Shown here in pieces: positions 12,827 to 25,732 of a stretch of 64,000 nucleotides of DNA. This stretch comes from Styela clava (Eukaryota). A program made the position numbers and the translations under genes. The stretch's first letter is position 1, and each line of letters opens with the position of its first letter. A model generated the notes under the pieces. That model did not search any database, was not told the DNA's origin, and was given only the letters and a program-made list of their open reading frames with translations. The stretch lies in the NCBI RefSeq assembly GCF_964204865.1, contig NC_135251.1, positions 17,732,001 to 17,796,000 on the forward strand. Reading direction: 5' to 3'.

Positions 12827-13744
12827 ATCTGACAATTATCCAGCTGAGCGCTTTATCGCGCTGCTGTCTACCCCTCGGCGAAAAATTACGTGGGGGAAGA
12901 TTGGGTGGGGATCGTCGTTGCTCGATGGCCGGTTATCGGGACCACTTCTTCAACTAATCTAGGTACATGGAACAGTGATCTAGTTAGCTTATCGTATCTA
13001 TGAAATTATTGCTTTAATCAAACTGACCTGAATTCCCAGCGTTTTTTTTCATATTCTCGGGCCCTAAACCGATTGCCTGTTCTTTCGTGTAATAAGTAGA
13101 TGGGCATGAGTTAAAGTAGATTTCATGAACAAGGTGTTGCTGACTAGATGACTCTCCGAGTCTTTTCGCGATCCCGCGTCGACTGCAACAAGCCAATATC
13201 TGTTTGTCATTTTGTTACATTATATTATTTATTCATTTTTCATATCGCGCATTGTTTTTTGCATGACGAAAATAAATATCTGAATCTGAACAACAGTAAA
13301 TGAATCACTCACTAACTTATGTGTCCCATCACTGACCAATTGATAGTTTCAAAGACAAAGCTGGTCGGGGAAGGTGGGGCACAGTGGAAAATCAGCTCTC
13401 AGACTTTTACCGTATCAGACCGTATTTATGTATTTTAATGTTTCACTCCCTTTCAAGTGCGGTACGACGTCCCCGCAAACGGGCAGCGACCGTTCGGAGA
13501 GATGCAAGCTATGAGATCAAATTGGTTTTGGAGGGTTAAAACTAAAATTTCGCCATCTCAGTCTTCCCCTTTTCTACTTTATCATTTCTAATATATATCT
13601 GTTATTTCTTTGCTTTAGCACAATGTAAAATATTCATAACGTTGGTAAGTGTATGATCTTCTCTCTTCTCCTTTTGACATGGGGCAGTCTGAAATAGTTT
13701 GATGCCTACGGGGAACAATGCCAAATCTCTCTAAATTTGATGTA

Positions 13745-13895
13745 TAGTATAAGTTTAAGTTTATTTCGACTCCATAATCAGCAAAACGATAAAATGAATG
13801 GTAAAAATAAATAAATAAAAACTGATTATGAAATCAGGAGAGCGAACAAAACCTTAGATAAGGTTTAAAACGTACAGAATGTATATAAGATGGAA
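13745..13895 (-). repeat. Dispersed ~150-bp repeat (probable LINE 3' end), copy 1
   Basis: Reverse-complement match to 37783-37927 and 50077-50235 (core gattatggagtcgaaataaactt followed by a short-repeat tail). Confidence 0.6.
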
Positions 13896-14276
13896 GGTTT
13901 TGCCAAGAAGATGTGGTACGTGTTCACTCACCTAAAATAATTGAAATATTTCACACACGCTCACACGCACCCACAACCATATAGAAGTTATTAAGTAAAG
14001 GGAACATGAAAAATTACATACTGGTAGTTAATAAAAATAAATAAATAAAAATTACTTTCCACACCATATTAATAAATTTATGATTGCCACTGCCAAATTG
14101 ATCAATTTTATAAATGGGAGTGAACAGTAAAGATAAACTTTTATAAAAAAAATATATTGTCAAGCTGATTATAGCCCAGATAGCACAACTACGTCGGAAC
14201 AACCATGGCCGAACGTTGTTCGAACCACCGGCCCAATAATGGCGAACAACCATGTTCCAGCGAAGATTTGGCCGCT

Positions 14277-14487
14277 GGGCCAACGTCGGTCCTTTCGTTG
14301 TAATGCAACCGTGGGAAACGGTCGGGCCAACGTAGGCGATACGTTGTAACACAATCGTGAAATATGGCCGGTCCAATGTGGGCGATACGTTGTAACACAA
14401 TCGTGACATAAGGCCGGGCCTACGTAGGCGACACGTTGTAATATAATCGTGGCATATGGTCGGGCCAAGTTAGGCGATGTGTTGTAC
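14277..14487. repeat. 46-bp subterminal tandem repeat (~4.5 copies)
   Basis: The ggcga core recurs at 14335, 14381, 14427 and 14473; unit resembles gggccaacgtaggcgatacgttgtaacacaatcgtgacatatggcc. Confidence 0.85.
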
Positions 14488-15628
14488 AGACAGGGTATGG
14501 ATCTATACTACATAGAAATTTCCCACTAATCTAACATTTATATAATAAAAAACAAAATATAACAAAATGTCTTTATTTTACAAATATGTATACATGTAAT
14601 AAAATTAATCGAAGTTCGTTGCCAGATCATCCAGAGCTGAAAAATATAAAAATTCTGTGTTAAATTGCAGTATTAGCAAGTTACAGCATCAGAGTTCAAA
14701 GCCTAGTCTGAATGACTGCATCCCAACAAATTTTCAGAGTAGGAATCTTAAGCCAAGTTTCTGCAGTCGCAAATGTGTGAGTGAAGCTTACATTGACAAG
14801 ACAATAATAATTGAGAATACAGAAATTCTTGATTCTGCAAGGGGGCGTAGACAATGTTTTGAGGGGAATATTTGTTGGAGGGAGTAATGATGATTTGAGA
14901 TTTTATCTGACTAAAATGTCTTCAAATATTCCTTGTTGAAATTCATTTATCTTATTAGAAACAACATGCACCATGATTTGTTTAATTGATTTACAATAAA
15001 TTTGTGCTAGGGGGGGATGATAATGTAAAAAGTACTGTAAGGGAGCGATGATACAAATAAGCTCGAAAACCACTGTTTGTCATTATGCATTATAACTCTG
15101 GCAACATTGGATTGGCAATTTGGCACTTGACTCTAACCATAATCAGCTTGGCGATATCTCCTTAATAAATATTTTTCTATACTGTTCACTTTTGTATACA
15201 AAATCTACATTCAATTTCTTTACTGTTCACAGTTGTTAACAAAATCATTATTAAATTTGACAATCATAATGATAAAAATGAATGGTGTGGCAACTGGCAA
15301 GTACATTCTGTTCACTACCCAACTTATCTAAATTTTCTCGCCTGTTTTTATTTTGTTATATCTCTGTTGTTGTTGTGTGTGTGTAACTTAATTTAATTCA
15401 TGAACATGATAGGCATCTTTTTGGCAAAACCTTATTTCTTTATGCTTTAATCTTAATTAAGGTTTTGTTTTCACTCCAGATTGTCAGATTCTATTTAATC
15501 AATTTTTGTTCATTTCCCTTATGAATTATCTTAAGCTGATTTAGAGTCAAAATGATCTTATACTTATAAAATAGAAGAGGGTAGAGCAGAGAAAGATGGT
15601 GGTACAATATGATAAACATATTACATAC

Positions 15629-15787
15629 CTTTAATAGCAGAAACTAAGGTCGTCCCACTCACTCCTTCTTATCCACCGCGTACTGCACAGTTGAAAGAGC
15701 GGGAGAGTAAATTTGTTATACCTGAGCTCATGATTGTCCAAACCAGTCTTTCTTGGAGCAACCTCCAAGACTTGACAAATATCTTAT
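15629..15787 (-). pseudogene. Decayed DUF4806-like exon of the EnSpm-type element's accessory gene
   Basis: Flanked by AG and GTATGT; translates IRYLSSLGGCSKKD/VWTIMSSGITNLLSRSFNCAVRGG*EGVSGTTLVSAIK with one frameshift and one stop, resembling the GG...FNWxGRxxK DUF4806 pattern. Confidence 0.55.
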
Positions 15788-16992
15788 CTGGAATGAGTAA
15801 ATAAGCACAATTATGAGAATACATTTAATGAAAAAGTTTCCATTCGTTGCAAAAGCTCTATGTTAATTATCGCGAGTATCTACTCTAAAATATAAACATA
15901 TGTGATTTGTCCACATCGCATTCGTATAAGGACATTTAAATAATCTTCCTTGAACACGAAGCAAATTATGGGGCAAATTGTATTTCATACATTATTTCGA
16001 AGCGCTTCATGCAGACAAAAACAAAACGACAAAAAATAAAAGGCACTCAATAAGATGAGACCCAGCAAAGGTATTTTCACCTATTTCACTTTCATGTTCT
16101 GTTTAGCTTTCGAATTAATTATGGAGTAATCTGCAATATTTTAACATTGTACTAAAACTAAACAAATATTCTGAATCTCAGAGATTTTTACATCATGGTC
16201 TTCATACGACGGCATGTGTTACCGGTCAGCGAACTCTTTTAAATTAATTTTGCTTGCCCCCTTGCCGCTGGGTAAAAAGGTTGGGAACCACCGAACTAAA
16301 CAGTTAAGTACAACCACGTTACACCAACGCCCCGCAAACTTACAGTCGATTTTCATCAGAATGATTAAATAGAATATTCAGAATAGAATAAATTGATTTT
16401 TAATGTTTTCTCGTTGTGGGGTCGCAAGTATCTGTAGTATGTGATTTTACAAAAATTGGGGTCGCGGAAAAAAAAGTTTGGGAACCATCGCCGTAAAGTG
16501 TCCGTAATCAGCTTATAAAAATATTCAACTTACAAACCATTTTTTCATCCTTGAATGTATTCTGGATCAAAATGTAATCAGACAATGAATTTCATCAATT
16601 CCGGTATGTCCGAGTCCACACTACAATCAGTGGAAAGTTGCAGATGCCGTAGCTTGTAGCATCAGAGTTTCTACCGCCTGTCCCAACAATTTTTCCATGG
16701 ACTGGATTGGAGCATGGCTTGATCTCTGAAAATTAAGTTAGTGTTACCCAATGTATAGTACATTATTGTCTTTCAAATGTTGTACTAGATAATTATTCAA
16801 CCGATATATCTAGCTATTGCGCAATATTTTATGGCACAGATATGCAAGGAGCTACTATCAAACTATAAAACAAAAACACCTGTTTTGGGCATTGTCCGCA
16901 TTGAAACATTGAGATGCTTGAAATGACACAGTGTATGATTGCGTGAAAGAGGGAATTGGAGCAGGTGAATTTTCCAGTCCATTGTCATAGGG

Positions 16993-17537
16993 CAGGGGTC
17001 GGGAACCTTTTTGGTCAAGAGAGCCATAAAATATACATATTTTCAATTGCATTTCCGTGCAAGCCATATAACATTTCTTCACTTAATGAGGCCTGAAATG
17101 TTTACTCGAAAGTCAACACATACAATGTCAATATACATTTAATGTGATTTCTGATGCTGCATGTAGGCGCTGCGGGCCTTGGACGGTTGCTCACCTGCAG
17201 CCCAATGTGGAAATCAACGATACTCATCACCCTTTTTCGTTTAGGCATCTCCGTAGTGTTTTTAAAACTATATCGCTTTTTGATGTCACAATATATGTTC
17301 CAGAATCCCCTTGTTTGTCACAATGCCCGTCTAGTAAATATCTTACATAACATAGACATGTGCTGGGCGCGCGTTCTCAAACGTATTGGGAATTTCCTGC
17401 CAAATTTGGCTATAGAATAGTTTGAAATCTCGTAACAATAGTAAGCTTAGTCTTAGAATATTAGATTTTTCTGAGAGCCATATGCCGTCATCGAAAGAGC
17501 CATATATGGCTCGCGAGCCATGGGTTCCCGACCCCTG
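16993..17537. mobile_element. hAT/Charlie-type MITE nested in the EnSpm-type element
   Basis: Perfect 15-bp TIR caggggtcgggaacc; perfect 8-bp TSD tcataggg at 16985-16992 and 17538-17545; subterminal gagcca repeats. Confidence 0.9.
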
Positions 17538-20128
17538 TCATAGGGCATCATTATATCATTAAACTTACAATGGTAATATTGACACTTGACAGAATATCTA
17601 ATCGGTAATAATTATTAAGAATAACCGGAAAAAATGAATATTACACAAAATATGTTCAAATATTTGTAAAGGATGTGTCGTACAATACTTCATGCTTTCA
17701 GAGTCGCTGGATTGCACAGTTGCATGCACATTTTGGAAGTCATTGTACAGAGATGGGCTTCGCCCAGTCGCCCGAATCTTTTTTGCTAGTGGTCTACTTT
17801 CCAATTCACTTTAAAATATAATAACACATAATTAAGGTTGGTTGGGTAAGCTTACATAGCATACATACTGAAAATAAATTATATAAATATACCCAATATA
17901 ATTCTATTGAAATTTAAAACAAAATATTATTCAGAAATCAGTAATCTATTTCTCAACAAAGCTGAAAATATGAACTGGAGCAGGGTTGGGCAAAGTCTCG
18001 GACCGCGTGCAAAAATTTTGCGCATCTAGACTGGCGGGCCATGTCGCATCTCGCATGTGTGGCGTAAAAAGTTATACCTTAGAAACAAAATTTTATTTAA
18101 AGTGTTACAAAAACAAAAATGGAAAACAATAATCCTTGAGCTATTCTTTACCTAAAAACATCAAATTTTAGTTTCAGTTTGATTGTGGCAATTGTTAAAA
18201 CATATTTTAGATTTCAGCCAATTGAGATCTGTATTTAGATTTGTTGAAATTCATCAGACAGAAGGTTCACAAATGTACAACTATTCAGATTACTGGATTA
18301 AGTCGTCCAACGGGTTGGATTTGCGCTGCGAAAATGTTAGCACTTAGACAAATAAAGTAAATATAAAAAAATCATATCCAGGGATGAAGGACCAATACCG
18401 GTACTCGATAACGAATACTGGTAAATGAGAGATGGCAACCTCAGAAATTTTAACAAAAAAACGCCAAAAGACCAAGTACGATACCGGTAACGTACCTCAT
18501 CTCGTTCTTTCGTTACCGGTACCTACGGTGTCCAGGGATAAATATGTAACTTTCACCGGTATGCTGGTATGGTACCGTATCACCCTTATGAACCGTGACC
18601 TGACAACGCACTTAGGGTACCGGTACCATTAGATTAACTTACACGGTTACAACTATCTCTACTTTCGCCATTCTACTATGAAAGCATTAAAAGTTCAATT
18701 TCACTGTCCCATCAACGGCAAAAACCTCGCAACAGGACATCCATTACGAGTACCGCCAAAATGAATGGCGACCTCATGTGCTATATTCGAATCGCGCGCC
18801 CATTTCTTCGCATAATTACGGACTTTCATACGAACCATCGGAGCATGACGGCGTGTTTCGTTGAAGGCCAATCATGGCCTTACCATGGTAAATGGTTGTA
18901 AAACCGCGTACAACGGTTGCCGGCGGATTATAACGTTGGCCCAACGTAGTTGTGCTATCTGGGAGATGGAGTCAAATGCCAAAATGCCCAACCAAAGTTG
19001 CCAGAATTGGATGCATGAAGAGGTGGGCTAGACCACTTCATTGCCCAAACTAGAGCCTATCATTGCCAAATTATAGTCCAGATTGTAATAAGTATTTAAA
19101 TATATCAGTAACTTTATAAGTATGAGTAATTATAATTAATTAAGGTAGAAAGACAGGGTATAGGAATATGTTGGTTGCTAAGGTTATAAGTTTTTTTTTT
19201 TTTTCATTTTTAGATATTGACTTCTGCAAGGATAAAGGAATTAGTATTGTTATTTCACAGGATCATTTCTTCATTTAATTATTGTGGCGTAATAGATGTC
19301 AATTCAAGTTTATCGTGGATGAGACATCAGCCTGCGAATTTTGTTGTTGTAGACACCATTTATATTCAATAAACTAGCCATTGTATTGATCATCACGGAA
19401 CTACCTGAAAAAGAGAAAATAAATCTGCGAGTAGGATATTCAAGGGTTACATATTTGGAAACAGCACTACCCTACACTTTTGTTTAGAATTAATTATTAT
19501 TTCGAGTAGATATTGATTATTAGTTATCTATCTTTAAAACGCTAGTTCAAAGACCAGAGTTGAAATATGGTTGGGACACCGGGTGAATCCTCGCAAACCA
19601 TGCAGAAACTCTCAAACCACACTGACCATTCGTATGTTGGCCTTCACATTAACTTCACAGCAGAACCTCAACCTAGGATAAAATTTTGCCCTGAGTTCTT
19701 TAGATGCTGATTCTTTGCTGATTTTCAACGGCATATTTCGTTCAATTTATGGACCGCCCGAGATACCTGACAAACGTTTTTTAAAGCATTTCGGTGGTAA
19801 AACGTGTGTCGCTTAGGAATTTCTTAGTCTCTACTACATTAGTGCCTTTTTGCATTAGCCCCGCAATGTCAAATGAATGTGCAAGTCAAAGGGCTCAAAA
19901 GATGGAAAAGAAAAAAGTGTCAAACTTTTCCCAATCTGGAAAACACAATTCGTTTATCAATTTAATAATTGAAATTAATGGTAAAGTTTCTCTTCTGACA
20001 ATTATTAAATCATCTAATTCAAATGATCAGAAAAACGTTGCATCTAGCAGGTCCATAATGGGATGGTGTCGACAAGAGGCATGCACTAAAATTAGGCTTA
20101 CCATACGTCGTCCCGTTTTAGGCGGGAC

Positions 20129-21243
20129 CAGTATGTTCCCCAGCTTTTCTTTTTAGGGGGGGTGTTTCAAAATTTAGGGGGTGGTAAATAATTTGCTGTT
20201 AGATATAAAACTAGGCTATTTGTATTCTTAAAAAAATGGTATGTATTTAAGAAACGATGTAGACAACATGGGGGCCCCCAAGTTGATTGACGCGAGCCAA
20301 AATCCACAGCAGAATGTAATTGTAGGGCCAGAAAAGAGGAGCGAGAAAAAGTGCGGGACGACACGGCTGGGGTTCAGGGCGCGCTCAAGCGCCCTGAGAA
20401 AATTTTGGGAAATAGGCACCAAAATAGGCTCTAAGCTTGATTTTAGATACACCTAACATCGCAGTTTGTTATGTAATGAAATCAATAATTATAATATTTA
20501 GCTGATAGAATTCCCGGGGAATAGATAACAAGCACGGCTTTCAACCGTAAATATATACTACTACGTTTCAACAAGTAATTTGCAAGTTGCAACTGATAGT
20601 GACTAATGAAGTTACTTGCTCATCTGGCATTGTATGAATGGTTACTTATGGCTTGTTTTGTTACACATTTCTAATTTTTTTGAACATGTTTGTTTGACTT
20701 TTGTATGAATTAAATTTTGGAATAAGCTCGTCAACTGATCATAATGTTGTATTCCTTCAGAACTGAAATATTTTGTTGGTAAGAAGACAAATCGCTGAAG
20801 TTTGATTCTTTTCAATAAAGAAATAAACAACGCTGTCATTCATCTAAAAAAAGTCTGTTTTCAGTGCCTAGTTTTCGTTTTGTGACATCTTTAAGCTTTC
20901 TTAATATACGGCTGATATCTAAAATACTGCAGTGTGTAATCCTAATACCCATACGTATACATAAGATACCGGAATAATTCAATTGTTACGAAATAAACGT
21001 GCTTAAACTGTGATAATGATGTAACAATAGACGGTATCTAAAACTCAAAAGGTACCACATGAAGGGTTAAACTATTTCACTCAAGTTCGACGGGCCATTT
21101 TAAATCGTCACGCGGGCCGTAATTGGCCCGCAGACTGCGGTTTAGAACCCCTCAGTGTGAAATCGCACCTCAAAATTAGGGGGGGTGTTTGAAATTTTAG
21201 GGGGGGTGTTCACCCCCTATAGGGGGGGTATGGGGAATTAGTG
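20129..21243. mobile_element. hAT-type non-autonomous element inserted into the end of another element
   Basis: Perfect 8-bp TSD ggcgggac (20121-20128, 21244-21251); imperfect TIR cagtatgttcccca / tggggaattagtg; subterminal taggggggg repeats at both ends. Joining the flanks restores a tagg...ccatacgtc...gtcccg-type element end. Confidence 0.7.
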
Positions 21244-21639
21244 GGCGGGACAGTCTCACTTTTCAACGTCTTGTCCCGGCGTTCCGACCGGTCGGTCAAA
21301 AGTCCCACTTTGGCGTTCAGCCAGCATAATACATGAACATTACTAATTTTAGCATGTTCTCGATACTGTTGTTGCTGTGTAGCGCCCTGGTAGCCTACTT
21401 ACTGAAGGTGGATACGTAGTTTTGTTTGTTTTTTTCTTAATAATTTAAATCGTATTTACCACTCCTGGCATTTTATATTTGGGCGTCTAGGTGGCAATTA
21501 TTTATAACCGAATGAGCAATATTTTTTATACGATCAGTTATGTGTTATCATCTTTACAGACATCCGCCCTCATTGACCTATCAGACTGAAGAACTCACAT
21601 TTTGTTGATGATATATTAAAGGAATGAAAGCTCCAAGAT

Positions 21640-21775
21640 AGGAGGGGTCTCGTGAACCACCCTACGGCGGCTAGGAGTCCAGCAATCTTCTCGCACATGA
21701 TCATCCCTGCATGGGATTCGAACCCGCGCGGTGGTGAGCGTATTCCTAACGCTTAGCACGATGCGCCACACCGCC
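21640..21775 (-). mobile_element. tRNA-derived SINE copy
   Basis: Minus strand ggcggtgtggcgcatcgtgctaagcg...gggttcgaatccc (A and B boxes). Confidence 0.72.
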
Positions 21776-21782
21776 GATCCGC

Positions 21783-21900
21783 GGCGCTCCCGAAGTATGT
21801 GCACCAAGATGGCGCACAACCTGAACCCTAACCTGGTACACATGCTATGTTCAGGTTGTGCGCCATCTTGGTGCACATACTTCTGGGGGGGGGGGGGGGC
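21783..21900. mobile_element. Short foldback MITE (same family as 48371 and 62072)
   Basis: Perfect ~35-bp inverted arms gaagtatgtgcaccaagatggcgcacaacctgaac / gttcaggttgtgcgccatcttggtgcacatacttc. Confidence 0.75.
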
Positions 21901-22855
21901 GGTCCGCTAAGCAAAAACACCCGATACTTCCCTAACCATGTGTTAAGGTTGTGATCATAAATATATGTTTGATCCAATTATAGAAGTAATATATTTAATC
22001 AAAAGAATGATGTCTAACAAGATCACAGGGAAACAGTTCGATATTTCGATTTTTAAAAGTTTAAATTAAATATAAGAATCAAAATTGCAATAGCTAAAAT
22101 GCGCGCAAGAAGGTAGAAAATACCTAAATCACAACCAAAAATATTGAAGCATCTCGTAAAATACAATTTCATACATTGGCATAAAAGCATTCAATATTGC
22201 AGTAAATAACAACAAAACAGGAACCTATGAACCAGTTGTGCCTATTATATACACAAAGGTAGATAGATATACAGTATTTTAAACATGTTGCAATTTGCTC
22301 TTCAAATAAATTTCCTGTGTTATTAACGGAATAATATACAGATCCATGTGGAAACATGAATATATACAGGAGGAGCCAACATTATAAGAAAATAAACCAA
22401 AATTACTTATTAGTTCAGTTAATAGCTGTGCTGCTCCACTAAGTTCTTATTGCGCTAAGTAATTGTCATGAAAGGTGGCCCAAGTGATATTTTACACTGA
22501 CATAAAGTTTGAAACCTAATTCTATTCAATGCCAAGGGATTCATTTGAATCTTTTATGACCAAATAATTATGTAGTGTGATTAAACAAATTGAACTTTGC
22601 TAGAAGTACAGGATAGACTTACAGTCAATAAATAGCCTATAAAAGAAACGATAAAATATATACTTCATTTGAAGATTATGTTTATTACAAATATAGACAT
22701 AAAGTATTATCATCTTTATCGCATGCACAAAATTAAAAATATTGCATCACCTCATAGCTCACTGATTTTTCTTTAATCTGATTTGATGCCATCATATGCA
22801 ATAGTAATTTGAAGGTTTTATTTTACAATTATTACAAGTAATATTTAACATTATA

Positions 22856-25732
22856 TTACATATTTGCCAGAAACATCCTTTCTGCCAAGTCATCATAATT
22901 TGTCGTCTTAAATTGAATCTTTATGGTCTTCCATTTGCTTCCCATTATTGGATCATTGCTAGGATTGATGTCATCAACAAATTTGAAAGCTTCCGGTCGA
23001 AGTTGAGGGATAAGAATTCTCTTTACCCGTGCAAAGATACCCCATTTAGTATCACAGTTTTTGCAAAATAATCCATGTTTTCTTTCAGTTCCCCCGTCTT
23101 CAACTGGTCGCTCTATATATTTTGTTTTAAAATCTTCTGTAATGCAAGTATGATTTGTTCCATTAACAACTTCTATATTATCACTCATGCAAGCGAATAT
23201 GCTGCATTTTTTGCAGCGTACTTTGAACCGAGAGGAATTATTCATCTTGTTTGGGTTGGCTGTTGATAATTTTTGCTTGAGACGAAAATCACATACTGTC
23301 AAATTCTGATGTTTTTGTAATTCATCTAGATATTTTCTCTCATTTGTTCTGAACATATTTTGAATGACTTCAGTTGTTTTTTCCATCAGGAGAAATTTTG
23401 ATATATTTACTTTGTCTTTAGCCATAACAGATTGAGATGAAAATTGAACCATGCGCCCTTGTGGTTTTCTTGCCCTCCCCTTGACTTGAGTGCTACTTAT
23501 TTCATTTTTGACATAGTCATAGCAAATGACCAGATTACAATTGACAATATCCATACCCTCGCTCGCAACATCTGGAGTACACACAAGAATTTTGATGTTG
23601 CCATTTCTGAACTCCTCGAGAATTTTTTCCTGTTTGCTGTGAGTTAATCCAGGAGCGGCACCATCTCTACTCTTTCCGACTCCAGTGAAATATTCTGCAC
23701 GGATATTTAGTTTTTTCAATGCTTCTGTTTCATTTAACCAGTCTTTGATTGGTTCAGCATATTGACGCCTTAAAACATTCAACATTGCTCTAGAATCAAG
23801 GTCATTCACAAATGTTTCGAGAATCTCCTTCTCCATCTTGTTTAGATTTTGGTTGGCACAATGAGGATCATTGTAATATGCTTTGAGTTTTTCAATACTT
23901 TTCAAAGCCAGCTGTTGTAGATTTTTTTCAACACTTGTAAGATTTATGTCATGTGATTGACTCAACTTGGCTTCCAAATACTTCAGAGCATCAACAGCGC
24001 GACATTTGAAATGAAGATCAAGTGCCTCATTGAATAATTGTATCTGGGATACACATGCTTGAACATTTCTACAAAAATTAACATCACTGTCTTCCCTGAG
24101 ATATTGGATTGCTTTTGCAGCAAAATCCTTGCACCACTGAATATACTGTTGTGACCCTTTCGCAATAGGTTGTGGTCTGGTTACTCCTTTAATCTTATGG
24201 ATATCCATGTTGTGAAGAATTCCAACCATTTCATCTATTGTTTCACATAGACATAATGTAAATGGGTCATTGATCGTGTTATCATCCAGAACAACACTAT
24301 CTTCTTCAACTTTTGGTGTATATTTATTCAACTCATCTCTGTGTGTCAGAGGAACAGTCACAATTCCACCAGTTGCATCGAGATTTGCGCAAAGCATTAG
24401 CATATGCTCAATAGCATCAAAATCTGTTTTACCTTTCCCAACACCAAGAGTAGCTGTTAATCCCACAATTTGAGGAAGACCATTATGTTTATCAACTTTG
24501 ATATTGAGGTATTGCACCATGATACTGTTGTATGGACTATCTTTTATAGTATGATGACATTCATCAAATACAATCATATTGAACACTTTCAAAGAATTCA
24601 CAGAACCAGTTGTGATAGCATTCAGAAGTATTTGAGCAGTCATAACAACGACATTCGCAGTTCGTAAGGAATCTTCCAATGTAGCTTTGCTGTCTCCAAC
24701 AAGATAATCAATAGACCATCCACTTGCACAAAAATAAGTCTTAATGTTATCACATTGCTGCTTTGCTAGGGAAACTCTTGGAACAATGAATGCTATCTTC
24801 GGATTTTGAGACTTTAGCGTTGAATTGAACCTGGTGTAAATAATGTGGGATGCAACTCTAGTCTTTCCACTACCGGTTGGTGCACAAATAATAACATTCT
24901 TTCCTTCAATTGCATCTTGTGATAGATCTTTTTGATATTCTCTCAATTGTCGTCCTGGCACTTCCACTGTTGTAGACTGACTTTCAGGAATGCCTACTGG
25001 AAACTGTGCAGCCAGCCTTGGAATATTAATTTGACGTGTATTTTGTATCGGGTTTGCAGCGTTTTCCTTGAAACTGGCTTCATGAACCGAACCAACATCA
25101 CATTGTGTGTCACATGTGGCATATTGCACTGTCTCTTTGAATGATAAAGATTCTAGCGATTCAATGAGTTCAGTGTCATAATTGAGATGTCTACAAACAT
25201 CTGTCAATTCGTTCCAACATTTTATCGGCTTTCGAATAAGAATTGAAAGAAGAAATCTGACAGCCTCTCGGTTTCCATCTTCTCTGGCACGACATTCTAT
25301 AAGTTCAAATTCATCTTTTGTGATTCTTTCTCCCATTTTAACTGCAACCTCCTTTGCATTAATTGTTGATTTTATAAGTGGAGAAATAATTGTGAGATAT
25401 TTTCTGATGAACTCTCTATTTTCATTCTCAATAACAGCTCTTTCCACCTCTTCAGCTTCAATTTCTCCACTTACAAGCGCAGCTAACCAGCCATGGCCAC
25501 ATCTACGCATTGCACCAGTGAACTCTTCAATTTGTATATCACTATTTGCACATTCATTAATTATAATCTCAACTGCATCATGAGTCTTTTTACGATTCTT
25601 CATAACTTTGGTATGTTTCTCTGTACCAATTATGAATACATCAGGAAGACTCTCCATCATTTCCAAAGGATCCAAATGATCTTTGAGAACCGTTTTCCAG
25701 TGTTTGAGTAATGCCTTTTCCGCTTCTTTCAT
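22856..25732 (-). CDS. DDX58: RLR-A: full-length RIG-I-like receptor (2 CARD-like domains, DExD/H helicase, pincer, Zn-binding CTD); intronless CDS
   Basis: 958 aa. Q-motif LREYQ, Walker A APTGSGKT, motif II DECHH, motif III GLTAT, motif V VASEGMDI, motif VI QVKGRAR, CTD CKKC...CKNC...KWG, and a helical ~195-aa N-terminus. RIG-I vs MDA5 orthology is not resolved, so the symbol is a family-level call. Confidence 0.9.
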   Translation of the reverse strand: MKEAEKALLKHWKTVLKDHLDPLEMMESLPDVFIIGTEKHTKVMKNRKKTHDAVEIIINECANSDIQIEEFTGAMRRCGHGWLAALVSGEIEAEEVERAVIENENREFIRKYLTIISPLIKSTINAKEVAVKMGERITKDEFELIECRAREDGNREAVRFLLSILIRKPIKCWNELTDVCRHLNYDTELIESLESLSFKETVQYATCDTQCDVGSVHEASFKENAANPIQNTRQINIPRLAAQFPVGIPESQSTTVEVPGRQLREYQKDLSQDAIEGKNVIICAPTGSGKTRVASHIIYTRFNSTLKSQNPKIAFIVPRVSLAKQQCDNIKTYFCASGWSIDYLVGDSKATLEDSLRTANVVVMTAQILLNAITTGSVNSLKVFNMIVFDECHHTIKDSPYNSIMVQYLNIKVDKHNGLPQIVGLTATLGVGKGKTDFDAIEHMLMLCANLDATGGIVTVPLTHRDELNKYTPKVEEDSVVLDDNTINDPFTLCLCETIDEMVGILHNMDIHKIKGVTRPQPIAKGSQQYIQWCKDFAAKAIQYLREDSDVNFCRNVQACVSQIQLFNEALDLHFKCRAVDALKYLEAKLSQSHDINLTSVEKNLQQLALKSIEKLKAYYNDPHCANQNLNKMEKEILETFVNDLDSRAMLNVLRRQYAEPIKDWLNETEALKKLNIRAEYFTGVGKSRDGAAPGLTHSKQEKILEEFRNGNIKILVCTPDVASEGMDIVNCNLVICYDYVKNEISSTQVKGRARKPQGRMVQFSSQSVMAKDKVNISKFLLMEKTTEVIQNMFRTNERKYLDELQKHQNLTVCDFRLKQKLSTANPNKMNNSSRFKVRCKKCSIFACMSDNIEVVNGTNHTCITEDFKTKYIERPVEDGGTERKHGLFCKNCDTKWGIFARVKRILIPQLRPEAFKFVDDINPSNDPIMGSKWKTIKIQFKTTNYDDLAERMFLANM

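Larger units (their letters stand above)
14175..18963. mobile_element. CACTA/EnSpm (CMC)-type non-autonomous transposon, 4.8 kb, with nested MITEs
   Basis: Perfect 20-bp TIR cccagatagcacaactacgt (14175-14194; inverse 18944-18963); 2-bp TSD ag on both sides; subterminal 46-bp tandem array; decayed DUF4806-like exon inside. Confidence 0.8.

Noticed and set aside
14277-14487. CRISPR-like repeat array
   Set aside because: Head-to-tail 46-bp units without unique spacers, in a eukaryotic transposon subterminus; no cas genes.
19200-20156. Possible exons or ORF between the EnSpm-type element and the hAT element at 20129
   Set aside because: Isolated splice-like signals, no consistent frame and no recognisable homology.
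21700-21775. Functional tRNA gene
   Set aside because: A/B boxes are present, but there is no clean cloverleaf and it continues into a body shared by dispersed, diverged SINE copies.
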